Source: Gemmobacter sp. (lineage in GTDB: Bacteria; Pseudomonadota; Alphaproteobacteria; Rhodobacterales; Rhodobacteraceae). Taken from it: a stretch of 64,000 nucleotides of DNA. The position numbers were made by a program, and so were the translations under genes. The notes under the pieces are model-generated. The model saw only the letters and a list, made by a program, of their open reading frames with translations, made no database searches and had not been told where the DNA came from. Position 1 is the stretch's first letter. Every line of letters begins with the position of its first letter. Below are positions 20,357 to 29,877 of this stretch, one piece after another. The stretch covers positions 1,884 through 65,883 of the forward strand of contig JBBAUB010000014.1 of the NCBI GenBank assembly GCA_040398445.1. The letters run 5' to 3'.

Positions 20357-20386
20357 TCCGGGTCTGACCGGGCAAGTTACCGGAAC

Positions 20387-20422
20387 GTCCGGCGGGGAAA
20401 CCTGCCGGGCGTTCTTTCTTTT
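20387..20422 (+). terminator. Rho-independent terminator of the SBP gene
   Basis: 10-bp stem GTCCGGCGGG-GAAA-CCTGCCGGGC (two G-U pairs) followed by GTTCTTTCTTTT. Confidence 0.75.
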
Positions 20423-20482
20423 ATGTCTGAAGGATGTGAATGGCCTGACGGGCGCCGCACGTTCTGCAGGGACGCGCTGCAG

Positions 20483-21379
20483 CTACTTCGGGCCAATGTG
20501 CTTGGCGATCTCGACGAAGGACCGCACCTGACTTGAGCGGTTCGACCGTTTCCAGACCAGTATCGTCCGGCTGCGAAAGGCGGGATGCATGATCTGGCGC
20601 ACTTCGACGTTGCGTCCCAGAAAACCGATCAGGCTTTCGGGATAGATCGTCACGCCCAAGCCCGCCGCGACCAGCCCGATCAGCCCCAGCGTGTTCGACG
20701 CCTCGAGCGTGACGTTCAACGAAACCCCTTCCGCGCTGAACAGATCGTTCAGGCGCCAGCGGTATTCGTCCCATTCGCGCATGTCTCCCAAGATCATGTC
20801 CTGTCCGGCAAGGTCTTGCGGCGTGACATTGGCCAGCAAGAGCAGCGGGTGGTTGCGCGGCGTCACGATGTAAAGCGGCTCTGACGACAGCGCTACCGAC
20901 TGGTAATCGGGATGATCGAAGGGACCGATCATATAGCCAAGATCGATTTCCTGATTGGCCAGCGCGATTTTTTGCCCCTGCGTGCGGATATAGCTTAGCC
21001 GCAGGTCCACATGTGGATGACCCTGCCGGAAGCGCGCGACGGCGGCGGGCATCAGTTCGGTCGCGGCAAAGGCCATATAGGCCACGCGAAGCAAACCCGT
21101 CTTTCCCTCGGCGACGCGCCGCGCTGTTTCCACCGTCGCCTCATAGGTTCGCAACAGATCGGCCGCAGTCTGGTAGAACTGTTGCCCCGCCTGCGTCAGG
21201 GACACTTCGCGTGTCGTACGGACAAGCAAGCGGAAGCCGAGCGTCTGCTCGAGTTTCTGGATCCTGCGGCTTAAGGCCGATTGGTCCAGATGCAACCGCT
21301 CTGCCGCCCGCCGGAAATTCAAATCCTGCGCCAGCACCAGAAATGTCTGCAACGCCTCGAAACTTGGCACGTTCGTCAC
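20483..21379 (-). CDS. LysR-family transcriptional regulator (LysR-1)
   Basis: VTNVPSFEALQTFLVLAQDLNFRRAAERLHLDQSALSRRIQKLE is a LysR HTH. I prefer GTG 21379 (purine-rich AAGGGGGGG upstream) over ATG 21415/21436. Confidence 0.8.
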   Translation of the reverse strand: MTNVPSFEALQTFLVLAQDLNFRRAAERLHLDQSALSRRIQKLEQTLGFRLLVRTTREVSLTQAGQQFYQTAADLLRTYEATVETARRVAEGKTGLLRVAYMAFAATELMPAAVARFRQGHPHVDLRLSYIRTQGQKIALANQEIDLGYMIGPFDHPDYQSVALSSEPLYIVTPRNHPLLLLANVTPQDLAGQDMILGDMREWDEYRWRLNDLFSAEGVSLNVTLEASNTLGLIGLVAAGLGVTIYPESLIGFLGRNVEVRQIMHPAFRSRTILVWKRSNRSSQVRSFVEIAKHIGPK

Positions 21380-21400
21380 GGGCACCCCCCCTTGGCGGTA

Positions 21401-21415
21401 ATGCAATTTGTGCAT
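21401..21415. promoter_or_regulatory. LysR-type T-N11-A dyad ATGCA-ATTTG-TGCAT
   Basis: Perfect 5-5-5 palindrome in the divergent region between LysR-1 and the cysteine-hydrolase gene. Confidence 0.45.
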
Positions 21416-21568
21416 CAATAAAGGCTGACATGCCATTTCACAGCCGTCAATCCACCTGTCAATCTAAGAACAAGGGTCCGCGGTGCCATAAAAAATTGGG
21501 CAATTTGCGGCTCTGGCATTTCGCCCCCCTTCGTGGCGGGTGACATCAAAACGCACAGGAGACAAAGA

Positions 21569-22291
21569 ATGAGCGACGTTGACGCCAAAGAACTCGACCG
21601 CCTGCTTCAGCAGGCCTTCGACACGGCCAGCAAGCTTTACAAAGAACGCGGCTTCCAGCGCCGCGTCGGCTTTGGCAAGCGCCCCGCGTTGGTCAGTGTC
21701 GACCTTGCCAATGCATGGACACGTCCGGGCAACCCCTTCACCTGCGATCAGGAGAAGATGGACAATGAAATCATCCCCGCCATGCAAAAATTGCTCAAGG
21801 CGTTCCGCGCGGCGCACCTGCCCGTCATCCATGTGACAACGGCCTATGAGATCACCGACCGCAACGCCGATTTCACCGACATGGGCCTGTGGCACAACAA
21901 GATTCCGGTCGATGTGGTCAACCTTAAAGACAAAGACCTTTGGGCCATCGACAGCCGCATCGCCCCCATCGTCGGCGAATACACGCTGCTGAAAAAACGC
22001 GCATCCGCCTTCCACGGCACCGAGTTGGCCGGCATCTTGCGCGCAAATAACGTCGACACCATCCTTGTCACCGGCGTCACCGCTTGTGCCTGTGTCCGCC
22101 AGACCGTCTGCGACGGGCTTGCCGACGGCTTCCGCCCGATCGCGGTGAAAGAGGCCATCGGCGACCGGGTGCCCGGTGCGGTCGCATGGAACCTGTTCGA
22201 TATCGACGCCAAGTTCGGCGATGTCGAAACGGTCGATACCTGCGTGTCCTACCTCGACAACCTCGCCGCGCAAAAGATCGCCGCCGAGTGA
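21569..22291 (+). CDS. Isochorismatase-fold cysteine hydrolase, N-carbamoylsarcosine-amidase-like
   Basis: ALVSVDLANAW (Asp), LLKKRASAFHGT (Lys) and ILVTGVTACACVRQT (Cys) give a D-K-C triad layout. AGGAG RBS. It lies directly upstream of hyuA/hyuB. Confidence 0.7.
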   Translation: MSDVDAKELDRLLQQAFDTASKLYKERGFQRRVGFGKRPALVSVDLANAWTRPGNPFTCDQEKMDNEIIPAMQKLLKAFRAAHLPVIHVTTAYEITDRNADFTDMGLWHNKIPVDVVNLKDKDLWAIDSRIAPIVGEYTLLKKRASAFHGTELAGILRANNVDTILVTGVTACACVRQTVCDGLADGFRPIAVKEAIGDRVPGAVAWNLFDIDAKFGDVETVDTCVSYLDNLAAQKIAAE

Positions 22292-22386
22292 CCGGCCCCG
22301 CGCCAGACCCGCACCGACCCGCACCCGCGGGTCTGGCCGACCACCGCCCAAAAGAGGCGGAAGCCAACCACAGCAGGAGAGAGAAC

Positions 22387-24465
22387 ATGGCCAGAATTGG
22401 CGTCGACGTCGGCGGAACGAACACCGACCTCGTGCTGGAATGCGCGAAGGGTGTTTTCTACCACAAAGTTCCGACAACCCTGAAAAACCAATCCATCGGT
22501 GTGGTCGAGGGCGTGCAGGGCATTTGCCGCATGGCAGGTATCGCCCCGTCCGAGGTTGAAACCATCGTCCACGGCACGACAACCGCCACCAACATCACCA
22601 TCGAGCATAATGGTGCAGAATGCGGGATGATCACGACCGAGGGATTCCGCGACATCCTCCACATCGGGCGGCACAAGCGCCCCTATAATTTCTCGCTGCA
22701 TTTCGACGTGCCTTGGCAAAGCCAGCCGCTGGTCAAACGGCGCAACCGCGTCGCCGTCGCCGAACGCATCTTGCCCCCCACGGGCGACATCGCCATCCCG
22801 CTCGATGAACAGGCCGTCCGCAGCGCCTGCGCGCTGTTCCGCAAGCGCGGCATCCATTCCGTCGTCATCGGCTTCATGTTCGCATTCCTGAACGACACGC
22901 ACGAGCGGCGGGCCAAAGAGATCGTGCTGGAAGAAATGCCCGACGCCTATGTCACCCTGTCGTCCGAAGTGGCCAAGGTGATGCGCGAATACGAACGCTT
23001 TTCCACTGCCGCGATGAATTCCTATGTCGGGCCCAAGACCGCCTTCTACCTGCGCGACCTTGACAGCCGCTTGCGCGAGGCGGGGGTGATGTCGAAGCTA
23101 CGTATCATGCAGTCCAATGGCGGGGTGTCCACCGTCGACGCCTGCGCCAAGCGCCCGATCCGCATCCTGATGTCGGGACCGGCAGGCGGGGTTATCGGTG
23201 GTGCCTCCGAAGGGGCGATGGCGGGCGAGGCGAATATCATCACCGTCGACATCGGCGGGACCTCGGCCGATATCTCGACCATTCCGGCGGGGGCGGTGAA
23301 GATCATGAACCCCCGCGACACCTATGTGTCGGGCCATCCGGTGCTGACGCCGATGATCGACCTTGTCACCATCGGTGCGGGCGGCGGGTCGGTCGCCTTC
23401 ATCGACAGTGCGGGAGCGTTCCATGTCGGTCCGCGCTCGGCGGGGTCGGAACCGGGGCCTGCCTGCTATGGCCGTGGCGGCACCGAGCCCACCGTGACCG
23501 ATGCCCAGATCGTGCTGGGACGGCTTGACCCCGATATGGCGCTGGGTGGCGACCTGAAGCTGGATGCCAGCCTGTCGCACAAGGCCATCGAGGAGAAGAT
23601 CGCCCGCCCGATGGGGCTGACAGTGAAGGAAGCTGCGCTTGGCATCATCCGCATCATCAACAACAACATGGCGCTTGCCATCCGCTCGAATTCGGTCGCG
23701 CGCGGCGTCGACCCGCGCGAATTCTCGATCATGCCGTTTGGCGGCGCTGGCCCCTTGCACGGCGTGGCACTGGCCGAAGCCATGGCCTGCAAGGATGTGA
23801 TCGTTCCGGTCGCACCCGGCATCACCGCTGCCGTCGGCCTGCTTAAGACAGACCTGCAATACGAACACACCGAAGCGGTGATCGTGGAGTTGATGAAGGC
23901 AGGCGACGCCGATTTCGCCCGCATCAACGCTGCCGTCGCCACCCTGCACGACCGCGTGCAAGCCGAACTCGACAGTGACGGCATCGCGCGCGACGCACAG
24001 ACGATCACGGTCATCGCCGAATGTCGCTACCACGGCCAAGGCTTCGAACTGCGCGCCGCCATGCCCGAAGGCCCGGTCACCGCCGCAAACGTGCAGGTCG
24101 TCGTCGACAGCTTCCACGACCAGCACCAACAGGATTACGGCTACAGCTACCGCAAGGCCGAGGTGGAACTGATCACGCTTCGGGCCATCGGATCGGCCGC
24201 CGTGCGCCGCATCGACATTCCGACGATTCCCAGAACCGACGGCAGCAGCATCGACCGCGCGCTGATGTTCGTGCGCCCGACCACCTTTGACGATGGGCGC
24301 ACGTTGGAAACCCCGCGCTACGACCGCACCAAGCTGTTTGCGGGCGACCGCGTGCCCGGCCCCGCCCTGTTGCACCAGCACAACGCCACCACGCTTATCC
24401 CGCCCGGCTATGTGGCCGAGACGCTGGATTACGGCAACACCCGCATCCGCCTGATCGGCGCGTAA
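22387..24465 (+). CDS. hyuA: Hydantoinase A / N-methylhydantoinase A / oxoprolinase family, alpha subunit (pair 1)
   Basis: MARIGVDVGGTNTDLVL... is an ASKHA-type ATPase N-terminus; 692 aa. ORF 22084..24465 was trimmed to ATG 22387, which has GGAGAG upstream. Confidence 0.85.
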   Translation: MARIGVDVGGTNTDLVLECAKGVFYHKVPTTLKNQSIGVVEGVQGICRMAGIAPSEVETIVHGTTTATNITIEHNGAECGMITTEGFRDILHIGRHKRPYNFSLHFDVPWQSQPLVKRRNRVAVAERILPPTGDIAIPLDEQAVRSACALFRKRGIHSVVIGFMFAFLNDTHERRAKEIVLEEMPDAYVTLSSEVAKVMREYERFSTAAMNSYVGPKTAFYLRDLDSRLREAGVMSKLRIMQSNGGVSTVDACAKRPIRILMSGPAGGVIGGASEGAMAGEANIITVDIGGTSADISTIPAGAVKIMNPRDTYVSGHPVLTPMIDLVTIGAGGGSVAFIDSAGAFHVGPRSAGSEPGPACYGRGGTEPTVTDAQIVLGRLDPDMALGGDLKLDASLSHKAIEEKIARPMGLTVKEAALGIIRIINNNMALAIRSNSVARGVDPREFSIMPFGGAGPLHGVALAEAMACKDVIVPVAPGITAAVGLLKTDLQYEHTEAVIVELMKAGDADFARINAAVATLHDRVQAELDSDGIARDAQTITVIAECRYHGQGFELRAAMPEGPVTAANVQVVVDSFHDQHQQDYGYSYRKAEVELITLRAIGSAAVRRIDIPTIPRTDGSSIDRALMFVRPTTFDDGRTLETPRYDRTKLFAGDRVPGPALLHQHNATTLIPPGYVAETLDYGNTRIRLIGA

Positions 24466-24476
24466 GGAGCAAGCCC

Positions 24477-26261
24477 ATGAATGTCATGACCAATCCTGAC
24501 GCTGTCACCGTCGATCCGATCACCCTTCAGGTGCTGCGCGGCAGCTTTGAGACCATCGCCGAAGAAATGGGCCATGTGCTTTATCGCATGTCCTTTTCGT
24601 CGATCATCCGCGAAAGCCAAGACCTTGGCGCGGGACTGTTCGACGTGGATTTCAATACGCTGTGCGAGTCGGAATCGACGCCCATGCATATCGGGTCGAT
24701 CCCCGCTTACCTGCGCGGCATTGCCGAAACGCTGGAAGATGGCGAATGGTACGAAGGCGATGTGGTGGTCCACAATCACCCCTATCACGGTGCCAGCCAC
24801 ACCCCCGATTTCGCCATCGTGGTTCCGGTCTATTATCAGGACCGGCTGGTCGGTTTTGCCGGAAACACGGCGCACCATGTCGATATCGGGGCGGCCACCC
24901 CCGGCCTGATCATCGACGTGCCCGATGTCTTTGCCGAAGGGATGCTGTTTGCGGGCACCAAACTTTACCGCAAGGGCGCGCCGAACAACGCCATGTGGAA
25001 TTACATCCGCAGGAACAGCCGCGCCGCCCAGCAACTGGTGGCCGATATCGAGGCGCAGGTCGCCTCGGCCCGTCTCGGGGCCAAACGCTTTGTCGAACTG
25101 CTTGAAAAATACGGCGAAGCGACGGTCTTTGCCGCCTCGCGCCAGTTGATGGACTATGCCGAACGCATGACACGCCAGCGCATCAGCGAAATTCCCGATG
25201 GCGATTACACCGCCGAAGGCTGGCTTGATGACGATGGCCGCAACCGCGACAAACAGTTGAAGGTCAAGGTCACGATCCGCGTGCGCGGTGACGAGGTCGA
25301 GGTTGATCTGACAGGATCGGCAGACCAGACCCCGACCGCCTATAACGTGCCCTTCGAAGGGTCGACCAAGGTTGCCGCCTATGCGGGTTTCCGCAAGCTG
25401 CTGCTTGATGCGGCCACATCCGATCTGCGCGTGCCGTCGAACGAAGGGTCGTTCCGCCCGATCAAGGTGACTGCCCCGCTCGGTTCGATCTTCAACCCCC
25501 GTGCGCCCGCATCCGCCGAGGCCCGTTTCACCCAGTGCAACCGCATGATCGACCTTATCATCCGCGCGCTGGCCCCCGTCATGCCCGAAAAGGTGATCGC
25601 GGGTTCCTCTGCCTCGATCAGCTTTGCGGCCTATTCGGGCGTGCGGCCTTCGGGCGATTACTGGGTGTTTCTTGAGGTGAACGAAGGCGCCTATGGCGGG
25701 CGCCCCCGCTCGGACGGGCCGGACTGCATCGATAACCTGATGGCCAACACCCGCAACAACCCGCTCGAAGACCTTGCGATGCATATCCCCATGATCTGCG
25801 ACCGCTATGAGCTGCGCGACGACATGCCCCCCGGGGCGGGCGAATTCCGGGGCGGGATCGGCGTGGTCAAGGCACAGCGCGTGCTGACCCCCGCCTTCAT
25901 CACACACGAATCCGAACGCCACACCGACGCGCCTTGGGGCATTTTCGGCGGACACGACGGAACGGTCGGGCGATGCACCATCACCAACCCTACACGCCCC
26001 GAAGATACCCGCGACATGCCGTCGAAATTCTCGGGCCTCGCGGTTGGAACGGATGACGTGATGACCTATTACAGCCCCAACGGCGGCGGCTATGGCAACC
26101 CGCTGAACCGCCCGCCTGTCAAGGTGCTGGAAGACGTGCTCGACGGGTTCTGCAGTGTCGAACACGCCCGCAGCGTCTATGGCGTGGCCGTCAACCTCGA
26201 GACTGAAACCGTCGATATGGATGCCACCGAAGGCCTGCGTCAGGCGCTGATGAAAGCCTGA
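24477..26261 (+). CDS. hyuB: Hydantoinase B / N-methylhydantoinase B / oxoprolinase family, beta subunit (pair 1)
   Basis: DPITLQVLRGSFETIAEEMGHVLYRMSFSSIIRESQDLGAGLFD...; 594 aa. Confidence 0.85.
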   Translation: MNVMTNPDAVTVDPITLQVLRGSFETIAEEMGHVLYRMSFSSIIRESQDLGAGLFDVDFNTLCESESTPMHIGSIPAYLRGIAETLEDGEWYEGDVVVHNHPYHGASHTPDFAIVVPVYYQDRLVGFAGNTAHHVDIGAATPGLIIDVPDVFAEGMLFAGTKLYRKGAPNNAMWNYIRRNSRAAQQLVADIEAQVASARLGAKRFVELLEKYGEATVFAASRQLMDYAERMTRQRISEIPDGDYTAEGWLDDDGRNRDKQLKVKVTIRVRGDEVEVDLTGSADQTPTAYNVPFEGSTKVAAYAGFRKLLLDAATSDLRVPSNEGSFRPIKVTAPLGSIFNPRAPASAEARFTQCNRMIDLIIRALAPVMPEKVIAGSSASISFAAYSGVRPSGDYWVFLEVNEGAYGGRPRSDGPDCIDNLMANTRNNPLEDLAMHIPMICDRYELRDDMPPGAGEFRGGIGVVKAQRVLTPAFITHESERHTDAPWGIFGGHDGTVGRCTITNPTRPEDTRDMPSKFSGLAVGTDDVMTYYSPNGGGYGNPLNRPPVKVLEDVLDGFCSVEHARSVYGVAVNLETETVDMDATEGLRQALMKA

Positions 26262-26302
26262 AGGGGCGCCGGTCGTTTCTACACCGTTGTTTGCCACGGC
26301 AA

Positions 26303-26334
26303 CGGGCCAGTCAGTTGCGGGACTGGCCCGTTTT
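26303..26334 (+). terminator. Rho-independent terminator after hyuB (pair 1)
   Basis: CGGGCCAGTC-loop-GACTGGCCCG followed by TTTT. Confidence 0.75.
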
Positions 26335-26419
26335 GCAGTGCATAACAGCTTGCACGCGAAACCCCTTTCTCTGTCCGCGCGGTGTCGCTAGCCTGACCGG
26401 CAAAGCAGAAGGCAAACCG

Positions 26420-26965
26420 ATGTCGGCCTTTACCGTCACCATCCCGCACCTTGAAACGCAGCGCTATCTGCTGCGCGACTATCGCCAGTCGGACTTTGAG
26501 GATTTCGCCGCATTCTATGCGACCGAACGTTCGCATTTCATCGGTGGCCCCCTGACCCGCGAACTTGCATGGCGCGGTCTTGCCACCCATCTGGGCCACT
26601 GGGCCCTGCGCGGCTACGGCTTCTGGGCGGTCGAGGACAAGGCGACAGGCGCGTTCTGCGGCCATGTCGGGCTATGGTTTCCCGAAGGCTGGTATGCGCC
26701 CGAAATCGGCTGGGTCATGATGCAGCACGCCGAAGGGCGCGGCGTGGCGCAGGAAGCGGCGCTTGCCGCCCGCGCCTATGCCTATGGCACCCTGGGCTGG
26801 ACCACGGCGGTCAGCATGATCGACCCCGCCAACACGCGTTCGATCACACTGGCCGAACGCCTGGGCTGCAGCTTCGAAGGCATGTACGACCACACCCGCC
26901 TTGGCCCGATGCAAATCTGGCGTCACCCCGCACCTTGCCCGCACCCTGAAGGACAGACGACATGA
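26420..26965 (+). CDS. GNAT-family N-acetyltransferase
   Basis: RimJ/RimL-like layout: LETQRYLLRDYRQSDFEDF...WAVEDKATGAFCGHVGLW...GRGVAQEAALAARAYAY. ORF trimmed to ATG 26420. Confidence 0.7.
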   Translation: MSAFTVTIPHLETQRYLLRDYRQSDFEDFAAFYATERSHFIGGPLTRELAWRGLATHLGHWALRGYGFWAVEDKATGAFCGHVGLWFPEGWYAPEIGWVMMQHAEGRGVAQEAALAARAYAYGTLGWTTAVSMIDPANTRSITLAERLGCSFEGMYDHTRLGPMQIWRHPAPCPHPEGQTT

Positions 26966-27627
26966 CCAAGGCACAGGCCACCAGCGTCACCCATATCGAC
27001 GACGACCGCTTCAAGGTGACCGAGTGGCGCTTTGCGTCAGGGGCCGAAACCGGCTGGCATGTGCACGGGCATGATTACGTGATCGTGCCCCTGACCGATG
27101 GCACGCTTGGCCTTGATGTACCAGACGGCGCGCCCTTCACCGCCACCCTGACCCAAGGCGTGCCGTATTCGCGGCGCGAGGGCGTGCATCACAACGTCAC
27201 CAACGCAGGCAGCGCACCGCTCGCCTTTCTCGAGATCGAAACCGTCACGGACGCCACCGCCCATCGCCGCCGCGAGACGTTGCAACGTTTCATGGCGGCA
27301 TGGAATGCCCGCGACGTCGACGCGCTGATGGCCTGCATGGCGGAAGATTGCGCCTTTCACGCCTCAGGCGGCCCCGATGCCGAAGGCCGCCGCTTCGTCG
27401 GGCGCGATGCCGTCCGCGCCTCTTATGCCGCGATGTTCGACAGCTTCCCGCAAGCGGCATGGACCGCCGACAGCCACCATGTGGCGGGTGATACCGGCCT
27501 GTCGGAATGGCGTTTCATCGGCACCGACAGAACCGGCAAGAACGTCGATGTGCAGGGCTGCGACATCTTTCGCTTTTCCGGCGACCTGATCACGCTGAAA
27601 GACAGCTATCGCAAGAACCGCGTTTGA
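26962..27627 (+). CDS. Cupin domain fused to a SnoaL/NTF2-like domain
   Basis: N-terminal cupin GWHVHGHDYVIVPLTDG...VHHNVTNAG. C-terminal LQRFMAAWNARDVDALMACMAEDCAFH...GDLITLKDSYRK is a typical SnoaL-like fold. ATGA overlap with the GNAT gene. Confidence 0.65.
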   Translation: MTKAQATSVTHIDDDRFKVTEWRFASGAETGWHVHGHDYVIVPLTDGTLGLDVPDGAPFTATLTQGVPYSRREGVHHNVTNAGSAPLAFLEIETVTDATAHRRRETLQRFMAAWNARDVDALMACMAEDCAFHASGGPDAEGRRFVGRDAVRASYAAMFDSFPQAAWTADSHHVAGDTGLSEWRFIGTDRTGKNVDVQGCDIFRFSGDLITLKDSYRKNRV

Positions 27628-27639
27628 AGATGCGTTCCG

Positions 27640-28608
27640 TCAGGTCCGCACGGGCGACACAAAGCGCCGCAGCGACCGGCTCAGGTCGTCAGGACTGTAT
27701 CCCCGACCGATAAAGACGATCACGTTGTCGCTGCGGCTTTCGCCCTGATCGGGCAGGATTTCCGGCGATTGCACCACTTTGCGCACCGTCTGCAAAAGTA
27801 ACCGCCCTGCCGGAGTGCGCACGACCCCTTTTACCCGCACCAGATCATCGCCGCGCGCGTGCAAAAGCGCCGACAGCCAAAGCGTGAATGCCGACCAGTC
27901 GAGATCGTCGGGCAAGGCCACCTGTGTCGGCAGGATCGGCCCCCGCGAATTGTCACCCGTCAGATCGGGCAAAACGGCAGCCAACGCCTCGGCGGGCTGA
28001 ACGGGCAAGGCGATATCGACCCCCAACTCGGCCCCCGACATCGCGGCGTGGCCGTTCAGCGTGGCCAGCGTGGCGCGCAGAACGGCCAACGCATCGGGCG
28101 CACAAACGGCGGTCTTGGTCAGAACGATCCGATCCGCCGCCCCGACCTGCCGCCGACCCAACGGCTCGGTCGTCAGCTGCGCCAAGGCATGCAGCGCATC
28201 GACTGCGACGATCGTTTCTTCGATCACGATATGGTTGACCAGAACCGGATCGGTCTGGATCGCCTGCACGATGGCAGCAGGATCGGCCAGCCCGCTGGTT
28301 TCCAGCACGATCCGGTCAAGCCGCGCCTCGGTTGCCGAAACACGGCTGCGCGCATCACACAACCCGCGCAGGGCTGCCACCAGATCGGCCTTGCCGGTAC
28401 AGCAACAGCAGCCCCCCGCCAGCAATGTCATGCCGCCGGCCCCGACCAGCAGCGCATCATCGACCGGCGTTTCTGCAGCCTCGTTCACCACCACATGCAC
28501 GCGCGGCCCGAAGGCACCCGTATGCAACTGATGCCGTAACCATGTGGTCTTGCCCGATCCGAGATAGCCGCCAAGCAGTGTCAGGCGCAGGCGCGTATCA
28601 GTCGTCAT
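27640..28608 (-). CDS. COG0523 (CobW/YjiA/ZigA-type) G3E-family metallochaperone GTPase
   Basis: Walker A GGYLGSGKTTWL and the metal-binding GCCCC motif (LLAGGCCCCTGKADL). 322 aa with a CobW C-terminal domain. Confidence 0.85.
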   Translation of the reverse strand: MTTDTRLRLTLLGGYLGSGKTTWLRHQLHTGAFGPRVHVVVNEAAETPVDDALLVGAGGMTLLAGGCCCCTGKADLVAALRGLCDARSRVSATEARLDRIVLETSGLADPAAIVQAIQTDPVLVNHIVIEETIVAVDALHALAQLTTEPLGRRQVGAADRIVLTKTAVCAPDALAVLRATLATLNGHAAMSGAELGVDIALPVQPAEALAAVLPDLTGDNSRGPILPTQVALPDDLDWSAFTLWLSALLHARGDDLVRVKGVVRTPAGRLLLQTVRKVVQSPEILPDQGESRSDNVIVFIGRGYSPDDLSRSLRRFVSPVRT

Positions 28609-28891
28609 TCAGATAACGCGGGTCCAGCGGGTCGATCGGTGCACCGGTCAACCGTTCTGCCTCGGCCCAGACATCCGACAGGGTCTGCACGATGCTGCTT
28701 GCCCCCGCCATGGTGCCAAGCTGGATACCCGGAACCGTTCCGCCGTCATGCGCGGTCAGCCCGTAAGGGCGCAGGATCGCATCGAGCACCCGCGCCCGGT
28801 GAAACCGCGCGCGCAAACGGTCGCCGGGCGTGGCCGCTCCGGCCTCGGTCCAGTGGCCGGGCACGGCCGGGTTGCCGCAAGCGTTGCACAT
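28598..28891 (-). CDS. Small (97 aa) hypothetical protein with an N-terminal CxxC (MCNACGNP), translationally coupled to the COG0523 gene
   Basis: Strong AAGGAGG RBS 5 nt upstream of ATG 28891. The 3' end overlaps the COG0523 start by 11 nt. I do not recognise the family. Confidence 0.6.
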   Translation of the reverse strand: MCNACGNPAVPGHWTEAGAATPGDRLRARFHRARVLDAILRPYGLTAHDGGTVPGIQLGTMAGASSIVQTLSDVWAEAERLTGAPIDPLDPRYLNDD

Positions 28892-28912
28892 GGGGGCCTC
28901 CTTGGGGTGACA

Positions 28913-28932
28913 GGGGGGCGCAACCGCCCCCC
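28913..28932 (-). other. Intercistronic 8-bp GC hairpin GGGGGGCG-CAAC-CGCCCCCC
   Basis: Lies between the CE4 gene stop and the small CxxC gene. It resembles the hairpin module of the intergenic repeat family. Confidence 0.5.
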
Positions 28933-28940
28933 GTGCCGGA

Positions 28941-29843
28941 TCAGATCACTTCGGGGCGCGCCGCACCGCCAAAGGGATAGCGCTTGCGGAAGTCGTTGGC
29001 GATATCCTCGAAGGGCGCCCATTCCACGCCAGAATGCTTCGAGATGTATTCGATCAGCCGCTCGAGCATCAGCAGAACCTGCGGACGGCCCGCCACATCG
29101 GGGTGGATGGTAAAGGCAAAGACCGCATAATCCATTTCGCGGTAGACCCAGTCGAACTGGTCGCGCCACATTTCCTCGATATCGCGCGGATTGACGAAGC
29201 CATGGCTGTTCGGAGCCTTCTTCATGAACATCATCGGCGGCAGGTCGTCGACATACCAGTTGGCCGCGATATCGACGAGGTCGATCTCCTTGCCATGCTT
29301 GAGCGGATGCATCCAGTCCTTGGCCGATTTGGAATAATCGATGGTGTTCCAGCTGTCGCCCACCTTGGCATAGAAGGGCTGGAAGTCGCGGTAGCCCTGG
29401 CTATGGTCATAGGTGAAGCCGTGCTTGAGCAGCAGCGCCGCCGTCGAATTCGACATTTCCCACCACGGCGCGACATAGCCGCGCGGGGCCTTTCCGGTCA
29501 GGCCTTTGATCAACTCGATCGACTTGACCAGAACGTCTTCTTCCTGCGTGGGCGTCATGGCGATGGGGTTTTCGTGCAGATAGCCGTGCGCGCCGACCTC
29601 GTGGCCGTCCTTGACGATCATCTCCATTTCCTTGGGGAAGGTTTCAAGGCTGTGGCCCGGAATGAAGAACGAAGTTTTCAGGTCGTATTTCTTGAACAAA
29701 CGCAGCAGGCGCGGCACGCCCACTTCGGTTGCGAAGATGCCGCGCTGGATATCGGACGGGCTGTCGCCCCCGCCATAGCTGCCGATCCAGCCTGCCACCG
29801 AGTCGATGTCTGTGCCGAAAGCGCACATGATCTTCTTTGCCAT
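28941..29843 (-). CDS. Polysaccharide-deacetylase (CE4 / PuuE-like) fold metal-dependent amidohydrolase
   Basis: [19 protein letters not shown]...[12 protein letters not shown]...[13 protein letters not shown] (NodB-like Asp and His motifs). AGGAGGA RBS. ORF 28941..29948 was trimmed. Confidence 0.7.
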   Translation of the reverse strand: MAKKIMCAFGTDIDSVAGWIGSYGGGDSPSDIQRGIFATEVGVPRLLRLFKKYDLKTSFFIPGHSLETFPKEMEMIVKDGHEVGAHGYLHENPIAMTPTQEEDVLVKSIELIKGLTGKAPRGYVAPWWEMSNSTAALLLKHGFTYDHSQGYRDFQPFYAKVGDSWNTIDYSKSAKDWMHPLKHGKEIDLVDIAANWYVDDLPPMMFMKKAPNSHGFVNPRDIEEMWRDQFDWVYREMDYAVFAFTIHPDVAGRPQVLLMLERLIEYISKHSGVEWAPFEDIANDFRKRYPFGGAARPEVI

Positions 29844-29877
29844 CAGTCTTTCCTCCTGTTGAGAAGTTGTCTTGGTT

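Noticed and set aside
22084-22386. N-terminal extensions given by the ORF track for hyuA1 (22084), AKR (4622), YceI (1455), GNAT (26291), CE4 (29948), the CoA-transferase (58284), hyuA3 (56765) and hyuB2 (48666).
   Set aside because: The extensions overlap upstream genes or are Arg/Pro-rich. Internal ATG or GTG codons with Shine-Dalgarno-like sequences give N-termini typical of each family.
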